Source: a virus
Taxonomy: Duplodnaviria; Caudoviricetes
IMG/VR virus record: IMGVR_UViG_3300020061_000009
Location: 1 to 51,580 of that record
Length of the DNA: 51,580 nt
Strand: one strand, 5' to 3'
The notes under the pieces were generated by a model. The model ran no database searches, was not told the origin of the DNA, and saw only the letters and a program-made list of their open reading frames with translations. Position numbers and translations under genes: made by a program. Positions 9,346 to 15,238 of this stretch are shown in pieces. Numbering within the stretch: position 1 is the stretch's first letter; each line of letters opens with the position of its first letter.

Positions 9346-9416
9346 AGACCGAAGCCGGACTCGAACCGGCGTATCCCGTTTTGCAGACGGGCCCCTCACC
9401 ACTCGGGCATACGGCC
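9346..9416 (-). tRNA. tRNA-Cys(GCA)
   Basis: Cloverleaf; anticodon loop CT-GCA-AA; U73. Confidence 0.9.
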
Positions 9417-9419
9417 ATG

Positions 9420-9492
9420 CGCCCTCGACTGGGATCGAACCAGTGACACCCGCCTTCGGAAGACAGTGCTCTATCCGCTGAGCTACGAGGGC
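9420..9492 (-). tRNA. tRNA-Arg(CCG)
   Basis: Cloverleaf; loop TT-CCG-AA. Confidence 0.9.
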
Positions 9493-9515
9493 ATGCCCTG
9501 TCGTACTCTGACGCA

Positions 9516-9791
9516 ATGGCTGATCTCCGCCCGCGCGTCGTCCTGGACCTTGTCCAGGACGGCACACCGTCGTACTACACCCACGGCCGCGCCGCCTGCA
9601 TCGGCTGCCGGCGGTGGGTTTGGCTCGGCAGCGAGACCGTCGGCCCCGTATCGTCCCGCTCAGTCGACCCGTTGTGCGTGGAGTGCGCGAATCTGTACAC
9701 CCCGCCAACGGCTAAACGCCTCGGCCGGCTCAACGATCACCAACGCGACGACGGTCCTCACCCAGGGGGCTGCCCGGACGAAGCCCAGTAG
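9516..9791 (+). CDS. Small CxxC/CxxC protein antisense to the tRNA array
   Basis: CIGC...CVEC; fills a tRNA-free gap. Confidence 0.55.
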   Translation: MADLRPRVVLDLVQDGTPSYYTHGRAACIGCRRWVWLGSETVGPVSSRSVDPLCVECANLYTPPTAKRLGRLNDHQRDDGPHPGGCPDEAQ

Positions 9792-9811
9792 CAATAGGCT
9801 TCGTCCGGGAG

Positions 9812-9895
9812 TGTGGGTAGAGAGATTCGAACTCCCTGAGCGCACGCGCACCGGATTTACAGTCCGGCTCACCACACCATCGGTGACGTACCCAC
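9812..9895 (-). tRNA. tRNA-Tyr(GTA), long variable arm
   Basis: CCGGA-CTGTAAA-TCCGG. Confidence 0.85.
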
Positions 9896-9937
9896 ATGGA
9901 CAACAAACTGACCGGACGTCGAGAGGGGAGATCCACA

Positions 9938-10351
9938 ATGGGTGGTCTCTACAATATGGTCATCGGCGACGGACACGAGCACGAACGCGGCCAAATCCTC
10001 ATCGCATTACTCGGTGGCGTCGACCCTGGTCGCTTCCGCGACGCCTGGATCGAACGCGGCGAAGATGGCGATCCCGTCATTGCCATCTATACACGCAACG
10101 GCGGCGGCAACCGGGAGGAGTACAAGCCGGAAATCGAGGCCATGCGCGCCAACGCCCTGTACCTCCGCGACGCAGACGACACCTTCGACTCCACGTATGC
10201 CACGTTCTACTTCGCGGCGCCGCCGGAACACCGGGATGCCCTCCGCGGGCTCGCCGTCGACCCGGTCGACACGGACGAGGTGTGGCGACTGGCCATCGCC
10301 GCGCTCGACGCCGTATCCAGGGACGGCAAGGGTCCGTCAACGTTGGGGTGA
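9938..10351 (+). CDS. Conserved phage hypothetical protein
   Basis: GRFRDAW, YTRNGGGNR and DDTFDSTYATF motifs; GGGGAG RBS. Confidence 0.75.
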   Translation: MGGLYNMVIGDGHEHERGQILIALLGGVDPGRFRDAWIERGEDGDPVIAIYTRNGGGNREEYKPEIEAMRANALYLRDADDTFDSTYATFYFAAPPEHRDALRGLAVDPVDTDEVWRLAIAALDAVSRDGKGPSTLG

Positions 10352-10417
10352 CTGACCGGAATCGAACCGGCACCACCGGAGCCACATTCCGGCGCTCTAC
10401 CGTTGAGCTACAGTCAC
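10344..10417 (-). tRNA. tRNA-His(GTG)
   Basis: Loop AT-GTG-GC; C73-CCA. Confidence 0.9.
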
Positions 10418-10419
10418 AG

Positions 10420-10492
10420 TACCCGCGGAGGGATTTGAACCCCCGGCATCCGCTGTGTAAAAGCGGCGCTCTACCAGTTGAGCTACACGGGC
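10420..10492 (-). tRNA. tRNA-Val(TAC)
   Basis: CCGCT-TTTACAC-AGCGG. Confidence 0.9.
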
Positions 10493-10595
10493 ATGACGTT
10501 GTGCTAATCTCTCGCGGTCTCCTTGGCTTGAGGGTCGGGCTGACACGGGGCGGCGGCCGCCGCTAACTCCGCCGCCCCAACCAAGACGACGATTG

Positions 10596-10670
10596 TGCGC
10601 CAGGTGGGGATCGAACCCGACCGCGTCCTGTGTATAAGACAGGCCCCACCGACCAGATGGGCTCCGGCGC
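10596..10670 (-). tRNA. tRNA-Ile(TAT), unusual UAU anticodon
   Basis: CCTGT-CTTATAC-ACAGG; A73. Confidence 0.75.
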
Positions 10671-10671
10671 A

Positions 10672-10747
10672 TGGCTCCCTCGGCTGGTCTCGAACCAACA
10701 GCCTTGCGGTTAACAGCCGCCTGCTCCGCCAATTGAGCTACGAGGGA
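10672..10747 (-). tRNA. tRNA-Asn(GTT)
   Basis: TCCCTCG acceptor; CT-GTT-AA; GCCA end. Confidence 0.92.
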
Positions 10748-10752
10748 ATGAG

Positions 10753-10828
10753 AAGCGCGGACGGGGATCGAACCCGCAAGGTGTCCCGGGTGAAAACCGG
10801 GCGGCTCTACCAATTCGCCCACCGCGCC
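10753..10828 (-). tRNA. tRNA-Glu(TTC)
   Basis: CCCGG-TTTTCAC-CCGGG. Confidence 0.85.
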
Positions 10829-10834
10829 ATGGCG

Positions 10835-10906
10835 TGCCCCGGGCTGGTCTCGAACCAACGACCTCCGTCGCGTCAGGACGGCGTTCTCCCGCTGAACTAC
10901 CAGGGC
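10835..10906 (-). tRNA. tRNA-Val(GAC)
   Basis: CCGTC-CTGACGC-GACGG. Confidence 0.88.
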
Positions 10907-10907
10907 T

Positions 10908-10986
10908 TGGGAGCGGGACCGGGATTCGAACCCGGGAACCTCTGGGTTATGAGCCCAGCGCGCTTCCATAACTGCGCCATCCCGCA
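10908..10986 (-). tRNA. tRNA-Met(CAT), initiator-like
   Basis: GGG/CCC anticodon stem; U1.U72 mismatch. Confidence 0.85.
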
Positions 10987-10988
10987 AG

Positions 10989-11060
10989 TGGGCCGCCCGG
11001 GGCTCGAACCCGGAACCGTTGGATTAAAAGTCCACTGCACCACCGTTGTGCTAGCGGCCC
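10989..11060 (-). tRNA. tRNA-Lys(TTT)
   Basis: Loop CT-TTT-AA. Confidence 0.9.
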
Positions 11061-11069
11061 ATACTGCTG

Positions 11070-11142
11070 TCTCCCGCCCGCGATTCGAACGCGGAGCCTT
11101 CGCCCTAGGAAAGCCCTGCTCTATCCGTTGAGCTAGCGGGAG
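11070..11142 (-). tRNA. tRNA-Arg(CCT)
   Basis: Loop TT-CCT-AG; weak anticodon stem. Confidence 0.8.
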
Positions 11143-11146
11143 CCGG

Positions 11147-11219
11147 TCCCCGGGGTCGGAGTCGAACCGACAGCCGTTGGCTTAGAAGGCCACCGCTCGG
11201 TCCGTCGAGCTGCCCGGGG
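11147..11219 (-). tRNA. tRNA-Arg(TCT)
   Basis: Loop CT-TCT-AA. Confidence 0.85.
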
Positions 11220-11225
11220 GGAAAT

Positions 11226-11303
11226 TGGTGCGCCGCGAAGGATTCGAACCTTCGATCTTCCGATTAAGAGTCGGCTGCTCTGGCCAGGCTGAGCTAGCGG
11301 CGC
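11226..11303 (-). tRNA. tRNA-Lys(CTT)
   Basis: Loop CT-CTT-AA; ACCA end. Confidence 0.92.
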
Positions 11304-11321
11304 GGAGGGTATGCTGTAGGC

Positions 11322-11771
11322 ATGGCGTCCGAAGTGGAGCGTGCCTGGGTTGCGGGACTCATGGATGGGGACGGTTGCGTAACACTCGCAGGCGTCGGGG
11401 GTGCATTCCGCAAGCCGTTCGTCGTGGTCGACAGCACAGACAGCGAGATCCTCGCTGAACTGCAGCGGCTGTACGGCGGAAGCTTGGTCTCCAAGAAGAA
11501 GGCCAAGGAGCACCACAGGCAGGCTTGGTCCTGGCGCGTATACGGGTCGGACAAGATCATTAGCCTACTCGGCGACGTACTGCCGTACATGCGGTGCGAC
11601 AGCAAGGTCCGGCGGGCACGAATGCTGACCACTGAGTACAAGGCGATCACACCGAGGAACGGCAAGTACACCGAGGAGATGCGAGCCCGGAAGTTCGAGT
11701 TTGAGTCGCGCTTCATGGCCATTGGTGCGGGTCGCGGGAGCCAGTGCCGACCTGCTCAAGCGGAAGGCTGA
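11322..11771 (+). CDS. Free-standing single-motif LAGLIDADG homing endonuclease
   Basis: AWVAGLMDGDG motif; LQRLYGG and LLGDVLPYM..K patterns. Confidence 0.85.
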   Translation: MASEVERAWVAGLMDGDGCVTLAGVGGAFRKPFVVVDSTDSEILAELQRLYGGSLVSKKKAKEHHRQAWSWRVYGSDKIISLLGDVLPYMRCDSKVRRARMLTTEYKAITPRNGKYTEEMRARKFEFESRFMAIGAGRGSQCRPAQAEG

Positions 11772-11844
11772 CGAGTCGAACGCCCGGGTGTCATCCCGCC
11801 TCCGGTTTTCAAGACCGGCTGGCCACCACTGGCCGGAACCTTCC
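11761..11844 (-). tRNA. tRNA-Ser(TGA) with 8/4 acceptor/T-stem fold
   Basis: GGAAGGTT/AGCCTTCC 8 bp; GGCG/CGTC 4-bp T-stem; long variable arm; G73. Confidence 0.82.
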
Positions 11845-11849
11845 ATGCG

Positions 11850-11922
11850 TGCCCCGAGCAGGATTCGAACCTGCGACCCCCTGATCCGTAATCAGGTGCG
11901 CTATCCACTGCGCCACCAAGGC
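11850..11922 (-). tRNA. tRNA-Arg(ACG)
   Basis: CCTGA-TTACGGA-TCAGG. Confidence 0.92.
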
Positions 11923-11927
11923 ATGAG

Positions 11928-12001
11928 TCCCGTCGACAGGAGTCGAACCTGCTGTCTCCTCGTTATCAGCGAGGCGCCTCTACCACGCAGGCCGCGACGG
12001 G
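11928..12001 (-). tRNA. tRNA-Ile(GAT)
   Basis: CCTCG-CTGATAA-CGAGG. Confidence 0.85.
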
Positions 12002-12006
12002 ATGAG

Positions 12007-12095
12007 CGGAAGGACCGGGATTCGAACCCGGGGACCCGGTCGCCCGGGTCTCGGTCTTAGCAGGACCGCGCCTTAGACCCCTCGGCCACCCTTCC
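12007..12095 (-). tRNA. tRNA-Ser(GCT)
   Basis: CGGTC-CTGCTAA-GACCG; long variable arm. Confidence 0.92.
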
Positions 12096-12099
12096 ATTG

Positions 12100-12175
12100 C
12101 GCCTCGTAACGGATTCGAACCGTCGACCTCCGCCGTGACAGGGCGGCGCTCTAGACCTGACTGAGCTAACGAAGC
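12100..12175 (-). tRNA. tRNA-Asp(GTC)
   Basis: CCGCC-CTGTCAC-GGCGG; G73. Confidence 0.92.
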
Positions 12176-12180
12176 ATGCG

Positions 12181-12255
12181 TACCCGGGACAGGATTCGAA
12201 CCTGCACTGCCCTGCTCCTAAGGCAGGCGCCTCCTACCATTTGGGCTACCCGGGC
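12181..12255 (-). tRNA. tRNA-Leu(TAG), short variable loop
   Basis: CCTGC-CTTAGGA-GCAGG. Confidence 0.85.
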
Positions 12256-12256
12256 A

Positions 12257-12328
12257 TGGTGGACAACCTCGGTATCGAACCGAGCAGGCGCTGTTTGCAA
12301 AACAGCACTGCACACCTGTGCGTCGCCC
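12257..12328 (-). tRNA. tRNA-Ala(TGC), aberrant D arm
   Basis: G3.U70; GCTGT-TTTGCAA-ACAGC; ACCA end. Confidence 0.78.
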
Positions 12329-12329
12329 A

Positions 12330-12405
12330 TGGAGCCAGCGGACGGGCTCGAACCGTCTACCTCGGCGTTACGAATGCCGTGCACGACCCGTCGTGCTGCG
12401 CTGGC
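12330..12405 (-). tRNA. tRNA-Thr(CGT)
   Basis: Loop TT-CGT-AA; TCCA end. Confidence 0.87.
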
Positions 12406-12406
12406 A

Positions 12407-12481
12407 TGGAGCCGGTGGCAGGGCTCGAACCCGCTCCACCGAGGTACAGGCTCGGTGCTCCACCTGTTGAGCTTCACCGGC
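12407..12481 (-). tRNA. tRNA-Thr(TGT)
   Basis: CCGAG-CCTGTAC-CTCGG; TCCA end. Confidence 0.85.
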
Positions 12482-12521
12482 AAGTGGACAAACAGCGACG
12501 GTGCGACGTATGTAACCCATC

Positions 12522-12809
12522 GTGGACATGGATCGACCGCTTCCCTGCTTCGTCTGCAGAAAGAACCTCACCCTTGCGTTCTCGGGGAAGCCCAACGGCC
12601 AGCCGGCCGACGCCGTGATGTTCCACGCCTACGGGCAGTACGGGTCAACGGCATTCGACCCGCAGGACGATAGCCAACTCCAGGTCAACGTGTGCGACGA
12701 GTGTCTCAATGAGCGCCGCGACCTGGTGTGGCACGCGCGGTACATAAGGCAACCGGCTTTGGTGGTCTTCTCCGAGGCGTGGAACCCAGACCGGGAACCG
12801 CATGCCTGA
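12522..12809 (+). CDS. Small CxxC/CxxC protein antisense to the tRNA array
   Basis: CFVC...GQYGSTAFDP...CDEC. Confidence 0.65.
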   Translation: MDMDRPLPCFVCRKNLTLAFSGKPNGQPADAVMFHAYGQYGSTAFDPQDDSQLQVNVCDECLNERRDLVWHARYIRQPALVVFSEAWNPDREPHA

Positions 12810-12930
12810 GGAGTGCTGCTGTGCTTCGTCGGCAGGGGGTGGCAACGAACTGGTCGTCCCGTACCAGCCGCCTCCGGGATCCGTTCGAGTCCCACGCCCC
12901 TTGTCGGACTGGGGCGGGGTCTTCGCGACG

Positions 12931-13003
12931 TACCCGCGGCGAGAGTCGAACTCGCAACGACCAGGCCCTCGACCTGGCGCCTCTACCGTTGGGCTACACG
13001 GGC
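12931..13003 (-). tRNA. tRNA-Leu(GAG), short variable loop
   Basis: CCAGG-TCGAGGG-CCTGG. Confidence 0.85.
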
Positions 13004-13076
13004 ATGACGGAGACGGGGCGTCTGTAGATCGTTTAAGCTGCGGTCCTAAGACAGCCGGCAGCCCCCGTCCCCTGCG

Positions 13077-13149
13077 CTCCCCGGCGAGGATTCGAACCTC
13101 GATTTCTGCGTCCAGAGCGCAGCGGCCTGCCCAGTTAGCCGACCCGGGA
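13077..13149 (-). tRNA. tRNA-Gln(CTG)
   Basis: U1-A72; CTGCG-CTCTGGA-CGCAG. Confidence 0.88.
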
Positions 13150-13183
13150 ATGCGGCCGGCGGGTTCGCGGCCCGCCGACCCCG

Positions 13184-13627
13184 TCAGCGCTGGGCGAGCG
13201 ACGCCCACGTAGGGGCTGTCGGCTTGACCCTCAGCACCATGCCCGCCTCGGCGGGGGTGCGGTCGCCCTTGCGCTGGTTGCAGCCGTCGCACGCTGCGAC
13301 GGTGTTTGTCCACGAGTTCCGGCCGCCACGCGACGCCGGCTGAACGTGGTCGACAGTCGTTGCCGGCCGCGAGCAGTAGCCGCACTGACGGTTGTCGCGG
13401 TTGAGGACGCCGGGCCGTGACCAGGCCGGCCCGGCCGTATACCGCCACTTCGTGACCACGTACTGGATGAGCCTGACGACCCGCGGCCGCGGGAAGACGC
13501 CGAAGCGTATGTCGGGCTCCGCTTCGTGCACTACGGCGACTTCGCGGCAGAGCATTCGGATGGCGTGGCGCAGGCTGACCCGGTGCAGCGGGCCGAGGTC
13601 CGCGTTGAGTACAAGGACTGCTTCCAC
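13184..13627 (-). CDS. HNH endonuclease (McrA-like)
   Basis: VLVLNA...RDNRQCGYC...TTVDHVQPASRGG...N..AAC..CN..KG. Confidence 0.92.
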   Translation of the reverse strand: MEAVLVLNADLGPLHRVSLRHAIRMLCREVAVVHEAEPDIRFGVFPRPRVVRLIQYVVTKWRYTAGPAWSRPGVLNRDNRQCGYCSRPATTVDHVQPASRGGRNSWTNTVAACDGCNQRKGDRTPAEAGMVLRVKPTAPTWASLAQR

Positions 13628-13656
13628 CGGGATTCACCTCCTGGACGTGGTGGAAG

Positions 13657-13731
13657 TGGAACGGCTACCGAGAGTCGAACTCGGCTCTTCGCCATGGCGA
13701 GGCGACGCACTACCCGATGTGCTACAGCCGC
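13657..13731 (-). tRNA. tRNA-Gly(GCC)
   Basis: TCGCC-TCGCCAT-GGCGA; TCCA end. Confidence 0.87.
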
Positions 13732-13734
13732 ATG

Positions 13735-13995
13735 CTGTTGGGAACGGGGGCCCGCCTGCCGGTGGTCAGGCTCCCGGTGGTGCTTCTGTGGTTGGGGTGC
13801 CTTTTACCAGACTTCGCGCCTTCATGGCGGCCGGCAAGTCATTCCGGAACCTCGACGATCCCACCGTCGGGGACGGTCACCCCTATGGAAGCCTCCGAAG
13901 GGTGTTGACTGGTCTGGCGCGATGCCCAGGGCCGTCACGAGGATTGTTGGCTTGCTGGAAACCACAGACAGTGCCGGCCGGCGGCAGCAGTCAAC
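13735..13995 (-). ncRNA. Putative ~260-nt structured ncRNA inside the tRNA array
   Basis: Nested stems TCTGTGGTT/AACCACAGA and CCAGAC/GTCTGG; no convincing ORF. Confidence 0.5.
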
Positions 13996-13998
13996 GAG

Positions 13999-14071
13999 AG
14001 CCTTCGGAGAGATTCGAACTCTCAGCCTCCCGCGTACCGGGCGGGCGCTCTACCTCGTGAGCTTCGAAGGC
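13999..14071 (-). tRNA. tRNA-Thr(GGT)
   Basis: CCCGC-CCGGTAC-GCGGG. Confidence 0.86.
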
Positions 14072-14078
14072 ATGGGGG

Positions 14079-14152
14079 TGCCGCGGGCGGGATTCGAACC
14101 CGCAACCTCCCGATTTTGAGTCGGGCGCCTCTACCGTTTGGGCTACCACGGC
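14079..14152 (-). tRNA. tRNA-Leu(CAA), short variable loop
   Basis: CCCGA-CTCAAAA-TCGGG. Confidence 0.88.
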
Positions 14153-14157
14153 TTGAG

Positions 14158-14232
14158 CTGGGGGCGGGGGATTCGAACCCGAGCCATGACCTGAGCCAAA
14201 ATCAGGCAGCCTGCCGATTAGCTGAGCCCCCA
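14158..14232 (-). tRNA. tRNA-Gln(TTG)
   Basis: U1-A72; CCTGA-TTTTGGC-TCAGG. Confidence 0.85.
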
Positions 14233-14237
14233 TCGAG

Positions 14238-14309
14238 AGCGGCTGACGGGAGTTGAACCCGTTACTCCACTTTGGAAGAGTGGCATGTCGCCGTGGACAC
14301 CCCAGCCGC
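14238..14309 (-). tRNA. tRNA-Gly(TCC)
   Basis: CCACT-CTTCCAA-AGTGG; U73. Confidence 0.82.
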
Positions 14310-14414
14310 ATAGTTGCCTGGCCTTGCCCGCAACCCCATCCCGGTGGGGTTGCTGCACCTACCTGGGGCTGCAAGCAGCACCCATCCCAGAGCCAGGCCG
14401 GTAGGTTTCTAGCG

Positions 14415-14487
14415 CAGACCGTGCCGGAATCGGACCGGCCTTCTCCTCGCTGAGAACGAGGCGAGATCACCACTACTCCAACGGTCC
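14415..14487 (-). tRNA. tRNA-Glu(CTC)
   Basis: CCTCG-TTCTCAG-CGAGG; T-loop variant TCCGATT. Confidence 0.85.
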
Positions 14488-14491
14488 ATGA

Positions 14492-14568
14492 TGGTGTCCT
14501 CCCCCGGATTCGAACCGAGACCCGCTGGGCTTCAACCAGCTGCGCTTACCGCGTTACGCCAAGAGGAC
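14492..14568 (-). tRNA. tRNA-Phe(GAA)
   Basis: GCTGG-TTGAAGC-CCAGC; ACCA end. Confidence 0.9.
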
Positions 14569-14573
14569 ATGAG

Positions 14574-14646
14574 TGGACCAGCGGGGATTCGAACCCCGGA
14601 CCTCCGCCCTGCCGAGGCGGCGCGCTACCAACTGCGCTACAAGCCC
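14574..14646 (-). tRNA. tRNA-Ala(GGC)
   Basis: G3.U70; CCGCC-TCGGCAG-GGCGG. Confidence 0.88.
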
Positions 14647-14651
14647 ATGCG

Positions 14652-14723
14652 TCGGGGACCGGCGAATCGAACGCCGTGTCTTCTGCTCCCAAGGCAGACG
14701 GGTTGCCGGCTCCCTCGCCCCCG
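14652..14723 (-). tRNA. tRNA-Pro(TGG)
   Basis: C1-G72; TCTGC-CTTGGGA-GCAGA. Confidence 0.83.
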
Positions 14724-14826
14724 ATTGGTGTCCCGACCGTCGGCACCTACGCGCCGACGGTCGGGTACATCTCATGCTGTCCGCTGTGGAGTTGACAAGG
14801 TACGTCCCCGAGTTCGGGGTGCTGCG

Positions 14827-14899
14827 CACGGGCGGAAGGAGTCGAACCCACAACCTGCGGTGTTGGAGACCGCTGCTCTACCAGTTGAGCTACGCCCAT
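14827..14899 (-). tRNA. tRNA-Trp(CCA), first tRNA of the array
   Basis: GCGGT-CTCCAAC-ACCGC; G73. Confidence 0.92.
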
Positions 14900-14919
14900 A
14901 TGGAGTTGTCTGTTGGTAC

Positions 14920-14957
14920 AAAAAAGCCGCCCTTGTTCGGGTTCCCGGGGGGCGGCT
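14920..14957 (-). terminator. Intrinsic terminator (attenuator) between leader ORF and tRNA array
   Basis: AGCCGCCC...GGGCGGC followed by T6. Confidence 0.8.
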
Positions 14958-14977
14958 GGTTCGCGTCTGCGTGTTCG

Positions 14978-15082
14978 CTAGTCGCGCCGGCCCCGGGCCT
15001 GCTCATCCGTGTGGTAGCTGATTCGCCCGAATGTGGGCGTGGCCGCCAGCCGCTGCGGCTTGTTGGCGGTCGACCACAACAT
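14978..15082 (-). CDS. Putative attenuator leader peptide MLWSTANKPQRLAATPTFGRISYHTDEQARGRRD
   Basis: GAGGGAG RBS 8 nt before ATG; lies between promoter and terminator; 3' end pairs with the terminator arm. Confidence 0.7.
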   Translation of the reverse strand: MLWSTANKPQRLAATPTFGRISYHTDEQARGRRD

Positions 15083-15120
15083 GTGAACTACTCCCTCATC
15101 GGTGATGCGCTTCTCCAACG

Positions 15121-15149
15121 AGAGTACGGCCGGTTGAGCGGGAGGGCAA
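15121..15149 (-). promoter_or_regulatory. Housekeeping-sigma promoter of the leader/tRNA operon
   Basis: TTGCCC-N17-TACTCT. Confidence 0.65.
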
Positions 15150-15238
15150 CGGATAATGTCCACATCGACCGGACGAGCTTCCAGGGGCCAGTCATGACGT
15201 AAGTGCGAGGAGAGTCCTCGCCTCTGCATGGAGGCATC

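Noticed and set aside
11304-11771. Group I intron hosting the LAGLIDADG gene
   Set aside because: Both flanking tRNAs are complete, there is no room for an intron core, and the ORF is antisense.
11761-12255. Stop-codon suppressor tRNAs (TGA and TAG in anticodon loops)
   Set aside because: Anticodons UGA and UAG read UCA (Ser) and CUA (Leu); no CUA, UCA or UUA anticodon was found.
12257-12328. tmRNA end (Ala acceptor with reduced D arm)
   Set aside because: It has a complete anticodon arm and no mRNA-like domain.
13008-13072. HDV-like (theta) ribozyme 3' of tRNA-Gln
   Set aside because: I could not build the P1/P2/P3/P1.1 nested double pseudoknot by hand.
9346-14899. CRISPR array suggested by recurring ttcgaacc motifs at ~75-nt spacing
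   Set aside because: The repeats are tRNA T-loops. The Cas4-like gene is a stand-alone phage exonuclease with no cas operon.
14920-15120. T-box riboswitch upstream of the tRNA array
   Set aside because: No UGGNACC T-box bulge or stem I motifs; a translated leader ORF fits better.
9313-15202. Long ORF-track frames across the tRNA array (e.g. 9313-10566, 12645-13637, 14573-15202)
   Set aside because: These are stop-poor shadows over tRNA genes in high-GC DNA with no protein motifs.
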